A model generated the notes under the pieces. The model searched no databases. It saw nothing but the letters and a program-made list of their open reading frames with translations, and was not told where the DNA came from. A DNA stretch of 64,000 nucleotides from Camelus dromedarius. Its lineage: Eukaryota. The stretch lies in contig NC_087436.1 in NCBI RefSeq assembly GCF_036321535.1, positions 73,720,001 through 73,784,000 of the forward strand, written 5' to 3'. Shown here piece by piece: positions 11,701-26,700 of this stretch. Position 1 is the first letter of the stretch. The number at the start of each line of letters is the position of its first letter. A program made the translations under genes and the position numbers.

Positions 11701-14700
11701 ACCACTTCAGGAGTTATCTCGTCAACATACACATCTCCTCTGTGCCAGGAGCTCTACTGGATGCTAAGGACACTAAAGGGGGTGGAACAAAGTCCTTGCT
11801 CCCGAGCAACTCAGTTCAGTCCAGGGGAGAAATGACCATGATGTATCATAATAGGGCAAGGAGAGCTCAGTGGAAGAAAGGGTTTTAGTTCAGCCTGGTG
11901 AGGTCGGAGGAGCCTCCGAGAAAGGGAGACCCAGGAGCTGTTTTTTTTTTTGCAGGATGCAGGCCTTCCTGGTTGGGGGAAGGAGGGCAAAGGTAGAGCA
12001 CTTCAGGAAGTAGGAATAGTATATGCAAAAGTGCGGTGAAGAAAGGACATGGGTTTTCAAACTTATCTAAAGTTTAAGCTTCAGTACAAACGGAAAACAG
12101 AGGGTGATGTGGAGCCCGTTTGGAATGGTGCCTGAAACAAGTGAAGGTAGAGAAAATGAAGCTGGAAATGTAGCCAGGTTAAAAATCATGAACAGCAACA
12201 GTAATTGCCACAGGCAGACTCCAGCTGTCTCTGGCTTTTCTTGAATGAGTGTAAATACCCTTGGGCTTGTCTAACAGCTCTGATAATTGTCCTGAGTCCC
12301 CGGTACCAAGCACACATAGCAGTGTCTTCTGCACGCTACAGCTTGTCCTGGACGGTGGTTACATGGCTATCAAGTTGTTACAACTCACCTAACTGAACCC
12401 CTCACATCTCTGCCTTTGATGCTACATTAATTACACCTTTATCTAAAATGTAAGCATAAAATCCTGCAGTTCTGGGCCTAGGTGAGTTGTGGGTCATACT
12501 TCACTTTATTTGCTTTCTGTTTGAAGATCTAGGGAACGACAGGCCTCACTCACCATTGCGGTTGCCAGCCTCGTCTCCTTGTCGGACTTTGGCTTCTTGT
12601 GAAGGCGTTCAATGTCCCGAAGAGAAAGTAACTCACCCCTGGGGTGAAGAAAACAACACAGTATGAAGCAAGGGCGGAAGTTCCTTCCCTAATACTCTCA
12701 CTATCGTGTGAGCTGACTAAAGAGCTGGGGTTCGTGCTGTTTTACCTGGACTCCTCGTCACTGTCTATTTCAATATACTTCCTCTTTTGTGCCTTCCCGG
12801 GGGCAGCATCGAGTTCTTTCCTCATTTGGGCCATTCGGATTTTCTGGAAGTCTTCCTGACTTAAAACTCGGCTAGTGCTGACGGCTGCGGCTTTGGCTTT
12901 CCGCTCCTCCAGGGGCAAGCTGTTCAGCTTCTCGGACTTAAAGCGCACGACATTGGCTTAAACGGCTTGTGGCTCCAGTGAGAGCGAAGCACCCCCCCAA
13001 CACTTGGAACAGGAAACATCAGGACTTACGATTTCTTTCTGTTCTTCATCCGAGGAATGGTGCACATCAACCCACTCGCCATCGGCATCTTCCTCCTCTC
13101 TGAGACTGGCACTTTCCCACCCATCTGTGTGAAAAGAGCTCACCATTAGCACCCCACTTTATGTCACGTGCTCACCGTGCACTGAAGAAATCAAGTGAAA
13201 GAAAATTTAGGTAATGAACCTCAAACAGATGCTCTATTCACCAAGGACTGAGCGATATTATTGTTAACTAAGCCACATCAATTTTACTTACTCAAGACAT
13301 GGAGAATAAGCACTGACCAAATACCTACCATGAGCTATAACTTTACGATCTTTTTCTAACCGTCAGGACTCAAGAGGAACAGCCTCTGGAGTTCAGTAAC
13401 CAGCCTGAGACTGCACTGCCAGAAATGCAGCCCATATGGAAATGACAAGAATCATGTCTGACTCTACAGCCCACGCTCCTTCCACCAAACCGCGACCATC
13501 AAAACTGCACCTGTTTATTCATACTGGCCACACAGCAAGCATCTAACTTGTCTAAGTATATTTACACATTTGAGAAATTGGTGAGAAACAAGTCATTTAG
13601 AGAACCAAGATAGAAGATTTTGGTTGTGCAAGAACCCTGCAGACACCTCAATAAGGAGGTATTAGAGCCTTCCTAATGGAGCCACCACAGTGGCTTTAAA
13701 AACCAAGGATACCTGCAGTCTCTCAGAGGATGCCCACATTCTGGAAGACAGTGTTCCAGCTCTTAGGTATGGCGTACACAACCACTCATGACAAGGCCCC
13801 AAATCTAGTCTCATAGCTTGCTACGCATCACCTTGTATCCCACATGCTAACAGTTTCCTAAACTCCTCAGGACTTTGCTCACAGTTTGCATGGGAAGTTT
13901 CCACTACTCTACCATTGTTCGCCATTCATTCTAAATACAGCCCATGGGTCACCATTTCCTTGAAGCCTTTTTTGAACCTCTGAGGTGGACCTGACACCTC
14001 TCCAGCCCTTATGACCCACTTTGCGTAAATCCTGTTAATGCTTTATTAGCTACTTATGAAAGACCCTCAAGGGCAGGAACCATATCATTCATCTTTGCTT
14101 TGACAATGGTTGACACATAGCTAATGCTAACGAAAGCTCTGTTGAAATAATGAATCAACAAACAGGAAGATAGGACCCTAGCAACCAATGCAACAAAAGC
14201 GAACCCTGGAAATCGGAATGGAGTTCCTCAAGCATTCTTCAACAAGTTCCCAAGTATTCTCCTTCAACAGGAGAGTTCTGAAGGATTGCCAAGGATTAAT
14301 CTTCATGACTTTTTTCTAGTCAACAAACAAAAACCCATTATCTTTCCCAAGTGTCATACAGCATGTCCTTGATAACAGGCAGTCGCCGTGTAGGACCTGA
14401 AAAGGCATGTCCTACATGAGAACATAAGTTCCCTCAGAGCAGGAACCATGCCCATTTGACTCAATGCTGGCAACAGTGTCTGGCACGCAGTCATTACTCA
14501 GTAAATATCTGCTGAATGAGTGTTCAAACAGCATAAACACTTCAAGACCAATACAGAACTAGTAGGGGTGATTTTGTCCAGGATAATGTTGAAATAAAAA
14601 TGAACCTTCATTGTCTTCAGCATTTTCTTCTTCTTTTTCAACTTCCAGAATTTCTGCTCCTGGAATGTAATCTTTAGTGTCTAGTTCTCCATATTCTTGC

Positions 14701-17700
14701 ACTCTTGCTTCTACAGAGGCCTCTGTAGGCTTACCCTAAAGGAAAGGAATTAGTTTTCAGTAAGGTGCTTAGTTTGCAAAACACTGTTCATGAAAAGGAT
14801 TCTGTAGGATTATGAATTTAGAGGGAGAATCACAAAAAATGGGAGCAAGCAAATGACAAAAATAATCCACTATGTCTTGAGTCAAAGTAAATCCCCCAGC
14901 CACAACTCTGCCCACTGTTTTCTTCTGATCCAGATAAGGAAACTTCGATATTTTAAGTCTCAAGATCACCATCTCTCTTTCTGCTACATACATACATCTC
15001 TCTTCCTGCCCAACTTGAAAGAGGTAGTAACTGGGTAGGGAATAGCCTGTTTAGTTCCGGCATCGGCTACTGACTTGAAAGAGCCTGACAGGTCTCTGAG
15101 ATTCAGCCATCATCAAAGAGCATGTACCAACTACAAAATACTTAAGCAACAGCATTCAACCAATTTTATTCTGAGCTTGAAGAAGAAAACTACACGTATC
15201 ACCAATACTCCTAATGGAAGCAACAGAAATAGTAAAATGCAAATTGTAGGAAATTACTCTCACTGTCTGAGACCAAACCCTTGATCAACATATGTATGCT
15301 TCACCTACCCGGAGTTTCTTCTGCAACATCTGAGGGTTTAGTGTTCGGAAGAGCTGAATCAAAGTTCTAGCGGACATCGTCACATCTGGGAAATAACACC
15401 TTTAATTAGAAATGTCAAAGCAAAGAATCTATTGAGGTAAAAATGAGTTATTCTATACTATTTTATCCACTAAGAACAACACACCACTTACTCTTATCTT
15501 TGTGTGATTTATACTGAGTCAGGTCTTGGAGAAGTTCTTCACTCATGGCTAGAGGACATCGAGCTGTTATCTCTTTTATAGCGTTGATTCTAGAAAAGGA
15601 AACAATGAATTAAAAAAACCAAAACAGTAGTTTCATGTGGTTCAGCCCAAGAAGGTTTCCTAAAAAGACTAAATCAAAAGGAATGTACATTGGTTTTATA
15701 GGGCTTAGGTCTCTAAAATTACAGCATGGTAGAGAGTGTGAGGGTGGGGAGCCTCAGAGGGCTTTGATTCCAGACAGTTCACTGCTACTTCCTCTACTAG
15801 TTGAATAAGGAACAGTGTCATCCCAGTACAGTGCAGGCCTCCCTCAGAGGCATTGCAGGTTCAGTTCCAGACCATTGCAATAAAGTGAGTCACACAAATT
15901 TTTAGTTTCCCAGTGTGTACAGAAGTTATATTTAAACTATACGGTAGTGTATTAAGTGTGCAATAGCATTATGTCTTAAAAAAAGTACATATCTTAATTA
16001 AAAGATACTTTATTGCTAAAAAATGCTAACCTTCATCTTGAGTAAGTCAGAATCTTTTTGCTGGTGGAGAGTTTGAAATAATGTGAGAATTACCAAAATG
16101 TTACACAAAGACATGAAGTAAGCAAATTCGCTTACAGACTTGTTGCACACAAGGTTGCCACGAATCCTTTATTTGTTAAAAAATAAAAACAAACAAACAA
16201 ACGAAAAAATGCAGTATCTGTGAAGAGCAATAAAACAAAGCGCAATAAAATGAGGTATGCCTGTAAATGATAGCAGCATTAATTCACCAGCTCTACGGGA
16301 GACGGTACTAGGTCAAATAAGGAAAAGCTAAAAGTCTTTAGAGCTGTTATCCCAGCAATACTCTCCTAGGGAGATAAAAAGCGGCTGTTAAGCATTCTAC
16401 TTAGTTATTAGGACAGATGAGATAATCCTTAAACCAGTTCTCACACTCATTAAGTGTTTCTGAATTAATCCAAAGGGCTACTGAACTGCCTTTGGGATTA
16501 AAGAGTGATTCAATAACAAATCATTTGTTCCAGGGAAAAATGGATTCAGGGTAGGAGACAGGAGAAAAAAACATTGAGACTGCCACACAAGCATTCATTT
16601 AAAGAGTAAAGTTAGTATTAAAAAAAAAACCCCAAAAACCCAAAACATTGATTAGAAGGACAAATATCTTTTCTCTGGTTCCCCCATCAAAATTGTGACC
16701 AATAAATTAAAAACACATCTTCTGAGGAAGATTGAAGTATATTTTAAACTGCTTTTCCAGAGAGCACATTATAGCTGAAATTTTACATCTTGGTAATGTA
16801 AGGCAAACCCAGTATATTAAAGCCACATCCACTGCCTCCAGGCACACTTACATACCCTACTGTCATGACTTCCCCGGAGTTCTTGTCGGTAACAAAATTG
16901 TTGGCCACAGTCATGAGTACTGACTGGATGATCTGAATGGGAGTAAAAGAAGAAATGAGCACAGGTATACTGTCCACACCGACTCAAAACACTTGAGGAC
17001 AAAGGCACAATAGACTACTATGGTAGAAAAACAGCCCTCCATCTTCAGTGGAAGGATCAAGACTGAGGAAGACAGACAGAAAACTACTCCTCTTTGAGTT
17101 TCAGCCTTCTTCTTGGCTATCTTTAGATTAAATTCAACTCTCTTTTAATATGAGCTTTCAATCTGGATTTTAAAATTTCTTTGACCTAGGAAAATCCAAT
17201 GCTGTTTTAATCAAAGGGATTATCAGCTTTGAAAAATGATCACTACATATTTACCAATATTCTTGCCTTCCCCACCATAAAATTTGGCAATAAAACCAGA
17301 ATTCCCAACAATTTGTCCAAAACAAACTTCACTTTTTGTAGTAAATTTTTTTTGCTTCTAAAACTAAATGTCTACGTGTATCTTCTTAAGAGTTAGTGTC
17401 TGTTTTACTCAGTTTAAAAAAGGCAGGGAGAAAAGTAACCTCAGTGGAACCCAGTGGAACCCAGTAACTCAGTGGAAAAGCCACTATGATACAGTTAGTG
17501 GCACTGCTAATCATGCACCAGATCCAAACAGAGGTAAGGTTTACAAGTTCTCACCTCCGGAGGGACTAAGTGATGAGATGCTTGCGCAGCAAACAGAAGG
17601 ATCTTTGTTACTTCTAAACATGTAAGAGATCAGAAGGGTCATAGTCAGTCTATTGCCCTGCTTCTCAGGACTACAGCAAACACGGCAAGCACACGCTACT

Positions 17701-20700
17701 GCTGCTTACTCTGCCTGGAACACCCAGCCCTCAGATGCCTGCACAGCTCACTCCCTCGCTGCCTTCAGTCCCTGCTCAGTTGCTGCCTTATCAAAGTGTC
17801 TTTCCTTACCACATAATCTAAAATAGAACCCACCCCAGCACTCCCTATTGCCCTTACTTTGCTTCCTTTTTCCTCAAAATACTTATCTTCACCTGAACAT
17901 ATTATATACAGCACTCTCTGTACCTCCCTCTAGAATGTAAGCTCTATGAAGGTAAGGACGTTACTTTGTGTTCACTGGTGTCTAATGCAGTGCCCATACT
18001 AGAAATCACTGAATAAATACAAACACAGAAACATACCCTCCCTTCAAAGGGGCAGTAGATATAAAGAACAAGGCCTCTGGCAAAATAAAGAAGTGAGGTG
18101 AAGCCTAACTTGTCGTTAATTTGCTTAGTGACTTGGGTCTTTCTTTTATGCTGTTTTTAATTAAGAATACAAATGAGAGCAGTAAGATGAAATCTTGCTA
18201 TCCATTACAAAGATACAGTAAAAGGACAAAATTCCTTTTTAGAATTTTCCACATGAGTATTTGTGGTATTACAAAAAGACTTGCTTTGAGAAACTGGTTT
18301 TTTATTTTGTGCCACTCCCTACCCCTCAATAACTTTCTCAAGTTGATGAGCAGAACAACTACCTCATGGCAGACTATGGAAAGAAAACACACAGATTTGT
18401 TGTCTTGGAAATAGAACACACTTCCTCCTAACTCCTGTCTTTAATAATTCTAGAACAAGACTCCGGGAGGTTGTTATTACCCCAAAGCCATGAAAGGAAC
18501 ATGGCAAGTGGGAGGCTTACCTCTTTGGTGGGGCTGCAGGAACCTCTGCACAAAGGGGTAGAAGTTGAAGAGAAAAAGCTGTGGCAAGAAGAATGCACTG
18601 ACTTTAATATTCATGTAGCTAGGCTGTAGAGTTTAATTTCCCCCTAATGCAATTATATCACCACATTCAACTGAGTAGGAATAGTTTTTTTACTTTTTTT
18701 TTCTCCAACAAGCATTCATGCCCCAGGGTGAATCTATGTTCTGATTAACCAAGGAAAGGAAGGCTATGTTGCTATCATTATGTCAAGAAAGAAGGAGTGT
18801 ATGCAGAATAAACAAGGTGGGAAAAAAGGCAACCAAAATGCAACATCCTTCCACTTTTAAAATTGGTATGGCTGCAAAGTCAACTTTTTACTCTTCAAAG
18901 ATAAAGAGGACTACAGGAAGGAACAGCATTGCTATTAAAGCTCAAAGGAAGGGACAAAAGAGTAATTCAAATCTGAATAGCATCTAGTATAATCTGATCA
19001 CCAAAAAACCCAGACATCTGGTTTTATTATTGGATACCAGTCCAACTACATTGGAGGAATTACTCTGAGCAATTATCCTGAGCTCCATATGTTAGACACA
19101 AAGCACTCACATTCTGGAACCTACCTAAATAAAGGTGACAAGGACCTAGTTATTAAAGCCTTCAAGAAGAGGTACTTTGAAGATGGCCTGGTCTTTTTCA
19201 AAGTTCATCACGTGAGAATGAATTTTTTATTTTTCTACTTTAGCCACAGAGCAAAACCAGGGCTAAAGAAGTAAAAGGGAAGATGTGGGGTCAATATAAA
19301 GGTGGATGTTCAATTGTGGTCAGCTGTGAAACTGTGGTATCATTTCCATCAAGACACACTTAAATTACAAATCAAACATAAATTTTAAAAAATACAAATT
19401 TTGTTTTCCTATGGAGCTCAAATTCAGGTATGACTTGAAATTGCTACACAAATGTAACAAGAATTGACCTGGTAATCCTGCTTTAAAACTGCAGCTCATG
19501 GAGAAAAAGCAATTTAATCACTAAAATGTTAAGTTTTTCTTAGAGAAAAGGAACAAATGCTTTCACTCGTGTCTACTTTCATTTTTACCTTGATATACGT
19601 CTACATTATTTTATTTTCAGTAAAGAAGCCTGTTTTCTTGTTTTATTTTTTTATTTAAGAAAAACTTTTTGAAGAAAGCAACACATTCAGTGATGCTCAG
19701 AACAGCACTAGACACAAGAGCAGAATGATAGTGATTAACCCTAAGAGTCATTTCTTTACGGCCTGAATTCTTGGAATCTCTCCTTTTCAACAATGGCAGT
19801 TAGTCTAAGAGTATGTGTGAAGTTTCCATATGTATACACCATATATTTATATATAATACCACCAAGGAGCTCTGGCAATCTAACTGAACATAAAATGAAT
19901 GACCAGAGAATACAGCTTTGCTAACACGACAATCGCCTGCTAGAGTAGTGTGGAAGTCAGGAAAACCATGATGGGGTGAATTGAGAATGTAGTAATAGTC
20001 AATAAAAATATCTGGGTTATGATGGCTCAGAAAAATGTGTATGTCAAACACAGTTACATAAAAAGTAGAACACAAAATAGTCTGACCATAAACTGAACAC
20101 ACGTAGAATTTAACATCCGTACTTACTGATAAGAAAACAAAGTGATTAAAAAAAATAGCTATTTTCAGAGTGAAAGATTTTATCCTTCTGTAAATTGTAT
20201 AGGTTTAAATGGTTTAGAGGGATACTTCTGCTCTCTTAGTGGCTTTTCTTTTAACCAAGAATAATTTTATTTCTAATATTCACCAAGAGAAACATAATGT
20301 AATCCAAACCTCGTGAATTCCCACCAATCTGGAGATGAGGTTCATGAGCATCATCTTCACTTCAAACCTCTCCTTAGAGGTCTCGAGCTGCTTCAGTAGC
20401 TTCTCTGCAAAATCTGGAAAAGAGGGTATCGCATAAGTACACTGTGGGCCCATGGTCTGTACAACATCATCTAACAGGTGTAGAGAAAGGCAGTAGTTTG
20501 ATCACTGACTCTGGTATGGCTGTGCCTGAAATCACTCTGCGGAACCAGGCTGGTAAAAAATAGCATGACAGAAGGTGAAAAGATTCACACACAGGTGAAT
20601 AACCTTCAGTGATGCCCAAAGTTAAGTCTTACGGATGCTGAATATTTTTAGCATCCACATCCTGATTGATTCTTTGACAAATGTTCCACTTAACAGTTCT

Positions 20701-23700
20701 CTAGGGCCTTGCTTCCCAAAGTGTGGTCTGCAGAACACCAGTAGTTCTCCACCTGTTAACGTGTTAGAAATACTGAACCTCAGGACCCAGTCCCAGACCT
20801 ACTGAATCAGAATATGTACTTTAACAAGATCCAAAGGTGATCTGTACGTTCCTCAAAGTTTGAAAAACACTGACCTAGAGGAGGGGTCAACAAACTTGCT
20901 GTACACTGGAGTACAGAGAGCATTTAAAAGCCCCAGTGCCCAGCCATACCTCATACTGACTAATCAGCCTCTGGGGATAACAGGACCCAAGTACCAGTAT
21001 AGTTTTATAAATTCCCTAAGTGATTCCAATGTGCACTCTAGTTTGAGAACTAGTGTTCTAGAATAGGGTTCCCGAACTTTTGGTTTACAAAGACCAATTA
21101 AAAAAAAAAAAAAAAAAAGAACAACAAAAGATTGTCAATTTTTTACTTGGTTAAGTACAATTGACCACTATTGTGTTATTAAAGACAAGAATTGCAAAGA
21201 GAGTTGTTCCTCTACATTTTTCTTATTTTACTGTGGACTGGGAATCACTGCTTCAGAACATAATTCTCTAGGCTACAACCAACTAGTAACAACCAAGCAT
21301 TTGTTGACTGTTAAAGTGCCAAAGATTTTATATTCCCTGGTAACCTTGAAGGAAGGAAACTATTTAGGTAGACAAAGCCAACAAGGAACTTGGAAAGTCA
21401 TAATTATAGTACCTTGGGGATCATGAATCAAGTGAATAGCTGAAAAGTTGAACACCTCTGGCTTTCTCTTCTTCTTTTGTTTCTGAAAGAAAGGGAGAGC
21501 AAACATTTACATTCTGAATTACAGTGATGAGGCCCTTGGGACTAAATGTGCTAATGTGCTCAAGGTTGTTATCAAGTCCACCACACTATTTAAAAAGAAA
21601 AAAAAAAAATCTTTGTTCCAAAAACCTTTCTTTCAACTGGAAGAACTAAAGGAAGTTTTTGTCTTTTAAGATTAAACCTTAGGAATTTAGCATCTGTGAG
21701 ACTTAAAGGAATTTGGAAATAGAAACATTAAAAAACACACAAGGGCCAAATTAATGATTTTCAAATAATCATTACAAAACACAAATGTACTTCATTTGCA
21801 CACTCTTCTGAAAAGACATGTCTAGCAAAGATACCCTAATACAGGCTATTGTGACCAAAACAAATGAAAGATGAATTTAATCAAAATAATTCATTCAAGT
21901 CAGATTTTGCTACAGCTGAAAACAACTATCTAAAAAATTAGTGCTGGGGGTGGGGGTTTAGCTCAGTGGTATAGCATGTGCTCTTAGCATGTACAAGGTC
22001 CTGGGTTCAATCCCTAGCACCACCATAAAAATTTAAAAATATTAAAATAAAAGATTAGTACTTAAAAATTCACCACACGTTTCTAAATCTTTCAAAAATG
22101 CTATTTTCTTTTTTTTAAATTCTTAAAGGCATTGGCTAAAACCCACATATTCTGTGTTCTAATGATTCCTACCTCATTTCCCAGGTACAAATCTCACCTT
22201 GAGCACTTTCATAGCCTTTTCCAACTTTTTCTTGTTTTTGGAGCTTTTCTTCCCTGTGGCGTACTGCACTAGCAGGTCTCTTGCTGTTGGTCCTTCATCC
22301 TAAAGAAGAAATAACTTTGTAAAACTGTAAACAAGGAAAATCTACACAGAAAAAAGAGAGTAATCCTTTCAATCACTTCTTTGTATTATACTCTTTGTAT
22401 GCAACTATTAAAAATAAACGCAGCTTTAAAAATTCAAAAAAAATTTGCCCAATGTGCATGAATAGGTGCATACAAAGATTTTCACTGCAGCACTGATTCT
22501 TGTTTTTATATTTTGCTTTTAGCTTATTGAAGTACAACACCCAGACAGAATGTAACTTTGTTTTTATTTGAAAAAAGAAACTGGAAATAATTATTTATCA
22601 AGAGGAAAATGCTTAAACTATAGTACACTTGTATTTTATGGAACCTAAAGAAATGAGGTAGATCTATACGTACTAATAGAAGAATATCTAAATGCATTGG
22701 TACATCTATATATGTCATCACAAAGAAAGCAGGTTGCAAAATAATACATATATTATTTATATATATTTCAAAGACCCACATAAGGCAATATGTGCACACA
22801 TCCATATATAAATGCATGGGAAACGAAATGGTTATCTATGAAGGAACTGGGAAGTGGAAATAAGAAAAGATCAAGAAAACTTTTATTGCATCTATAGTAT
22901 CTGAAATTTTTTATAATAACGTATTATTCATACATTATTTAATAAAGTAATAACATAACAAATTAAAAGATGTTATTCCATACTCCAGTATCTTGTTACC
23001 AAAATGCTAAAATGGAAAGGGTTTTTTTCAAATTTCTTTTTAATCTTAATAAAAATATTTTTAATAAAGAAAATTTCATGACATCATAAATCCTGATTTT
23101 TCCTTTTAAAGATGCTTTACTACTCTTCTTCCTTCCTCTACTCTCAACTTCCATGACGTTGACACTCTACCACAAAAACATGGCGGCAGTAATTAGTAAG
23201 TTTATATAGTAAGATACAGGTATAGCTTTAGCACTAGGAACAAGGCTGAATTAATCTAAGTTTTATTAGTTATCTAACCAATCTTACTGAACTTAAGTGA
23301 TAAATTCTGAGTAGAAAAAAATCTCAGCATGGCAGAACTCAATAAAGGATAAAGGTAGCATCTAAGATAGCAGGTAAGTTGCTTTCTAACTTGAACAGTC
23401 ATGGCTTTTACAATCTGTACTGAGAACACAAAAATAAAACCTGATAAACTGCAAAGTTCAGAAGTATCTTTGGTTAAACTAACCTCAGATTCTGAGTCAC
23501 TGTCCTGTTTCTCCTCTTCATCTTTCCCAAGAAAGAATGTCAAAGCAGCAACTAGTATCTAAAGGCCGATTCAAACAAAGTCAATTACTCATCCCAGCTG
23601 ACAACAAAGAATACTTCTGTCTACATTTTACACATGCATATGAACTAGGATTGAAGGGGAAGAAAAAAAAAACAAGAGTGGTGGGATTTGAGCTCACTTT

Positions 23701-26700
23701 TCTTAGCCAGGCTCTACATAGTTATTCTTCAAGTAGGCAGTTAAGGAACTTCTACATATCTCACAAGAATAATGGTACTATAGCCCTTCTAAAAGTCAAA
23801 CATGCTCTTAAATTTCTTTCAGCTGTGTCTGAACCTGATAAAAGAATAGTTAAAAATCACAGGAAAAAACAAACAGTAAGGCTATCGTTTAATACAAAGA
23901 ATTTTTAAAAACTCATAATTTGTTTGACTCCTCTAAAACACAGGTAAACCAGGGAAGCAGTCTGAGTGCACAGAGAGCATGACTAAAGGCAAACAGTATG
24001 TCTGCACACCACCTCCTCCTCGCACAGCCATCTCCTTCACCTGCTAGTGGGAGAAGCAGACCACTCACAGACCGCGCCACCGCCCAGCCCCACAGGCGCT
24101 CACCTTGGTGACCTTAGAGAAACAAGCTGTTGTGATCACATTGACAGTTTTGGCATCATTCCTGGGGAAAGACAGTTGAGTGTTTCAAAGTAAATTTTTG
24201 TTCTACTGTATTTGATAGCATAGACAATGGCATAAAATAAACAGTATAGTAAATATTGCTGACATGTTAAAATTCATAGCTCATAATATTTCAAAAAACC
24301 ATGGGTTGCTAAATAGTCAGCCACAGGTGAACATTTTAGTTCAATTTTAGCCCAGTCTTGCATCAGAAAATCATGCAGCCATTAAGATGGATTTCTTTTG
24401 AATAATTTTTAATGTCCTACAAACCTACTCAAGATAACTGGAAAAAAAACCAAAATGAAAACCTACAATATAGCAAAATTCCAACCACATTTTAAAATTC
24501 ACTTTAAAGAAAAGACAGGAGGAGATATAAAATATTAACTGTGCATGTATCTAGGTGGTAGGACTATCAATAACTAAAAAAACTTTTTCTCCAAATTTTC
24601 TGTTGCAAAGAATACTACTTTTATATTAAAAAAATTAGTGAGTAAGAAAAGCAAGAGACATCAGTTGGGAGCACTGTACCAACAAACCAAATTTTATGAA
24701 ACATGATAATTTACATACATAGAAAAAATTGACTTGAAAATCTCCAAAAAAGCAGAGAAGAGCCCAGATTTCAGAGTCAGACAGATCTGGGTTTGAATTT
24801 CAACTGTGACTTTTATTGGCTACTAAACGTAAGCTCATGAACCTATAGGTTTCATTACCTATAAGATGGAAATAATCCCAAATAGCTGCATTACACTGTT
24901 CTGAAGGTTGAGCGAGGTAAGGCAAAGTGCAAGTGTTCAAGAAATGGTAGCCAATGTTGTTAGCCACTTGGATTGCCTCTGTATTTTTTACTTCCAACTT
25001 AATTCAGACAGGGATGTTAAAGAGCTCAGGATCAAGAAAAATCATTGTGTATGTGCTCTGCAGTAATTACAAATGAATAAAGGACTATTTCTTGAGACAA
25101 GTACATATATATTACCAGATGTTTCTTCTGTAGAGCTCAATCATCACATCCAGAGATATCTTGGCTGCAGTCGCATTGCTGTCTCTTAACATGGTGTACA
25201 TGAAATTCTGTAACACCTGGAAAAAAAAGAGAATGAAGACTTAATACATTGATGGCACAATGCTGCAAACATGAAAAACAAAAGGGTACTTACTATATTC
25301 ACTTTATTGTTCTTGTGTTTTGCATTTATATTCTTGATATCAGTCACAATATGAGTATATAAAGTCTGAGGAAAAGAAACAAAAACATACACGTGTTTAC
25401 CAACATTTCTAACCTTGCTCAACTTGGCGAAAAGTACAAATGTACAGGAGGATTTAATTTTACCCACTTTTCATTCTATCACAAAAGAGACCAAAAACGA
25501 ATAAAACAAGTAAAACAGAAAGAAGCAGCTAAAGCAAAAAGAAAGTTACCCTCAAAAGGTTATAAACATGGAGTTACCATATGATCCAACAATTTCACTC
25601 CCAGTTATATACCCAGGAGAAATGAAAATATATTTCTAACCAATGTTCATACAAATATTTGTAACAGTATTACTCATAATAGCCAAAAAATGAAAACCCC
25701 AAAAGCCATTAACTTATGCATGAATAAACAAAATGTAGTATAACCAATGAAATATTTTTTAAAAATTTATTTTTTATTGAAGTATAGTTGATTTACAATG
25801 TTTCAGGTGTACAGTGAAGTGATAGTCATATATATATTTTTTTCAGATTCTTTTCCATTATAGGTCATTACAAGACATTGAATATAGTTTCTGTGCTATA
25901 CAGTAGGTCATTATTGTTTATCTATCTTATATATAGTAGTGTATATCTGTTAATTCCAAATTCCTAATTTATCTCTTCTCCCCTTTCCCCTGTGGTAACC
26001 ATAAATGTTTTCTATGTCTGTGAGTCTATTTCTGTTTTGTAAATAAGTTCATTTGTATCATCTTTTTTTGATTCCACATGTTAGTGATATAAGATATACA
26101 GACGATGAAATATTATTTGGCAACAAAAAGTAATGAAGTACTGACACGTGCTACAATATGGATGAAACGTGAAAACATTACACTACGTGAAGGAAGCCAG
26201 TCACCAAAAAATCACATATTATATGATTCCCTTTACATGAAATATCCCAAGTAGGCAAATCTAGAGAGATCAAAAGTACAGTGGTGGTGGCCCAGGGCTG
26301 GGATAGATGAAAGGATGGAAATTAACTGCTAATGGGAATGGGGTTTTTTTCAAGGTGCTATAAACGTTCGAAAACTGACTGTGGTGATGGTTGCAAAACT
26401 CTGTGAATATACTAAAAACCACTGAATTGTACACTTTAAATGGATGAATTATATGTGAATTATAACTCAATAAAACTTAAAAAAAAAAAAAAAAGAAGAA
26501 AGAAAGAAAGTCGTTCCATTTACCAAGCCCCTAACTGCAGGCGAGACAATACTGGAATTTATACAAATATCACTGTACCCAGAATATGCTCCTCTGGATC
26601 ACTTTTATTCCACAAGTCAGACCAAGAAGTACAACTGCTAAAATCAAATAGTTATAGTCTCTTAATACTTTGGGGAAAAAAATTAAGTTAATGAATGTAT

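Noticed and set aside
17442..17478. Short tandem duplications (also ~3958, ~6767, ~39703, ~39947, ~48666)
   Set aside because: Ordinary slippage duplications of 9-14 bp, with no spacer structure and not CRISPR-like.
19680..19770. Possible intronic C/D snoRNA in SDAD1 (CTGA boxes on the host strand; similar at ~20600)
   Set aside because: No C box (RTGATGA) or terminal stem in the right arrangement.
21946..22030. tRNA-like sequences (also at 5989, 9920, 50255)
   Set aside because: They are SINE heads with A-rich tails (TSDs readable at two of them) and no complete cloverleaf.
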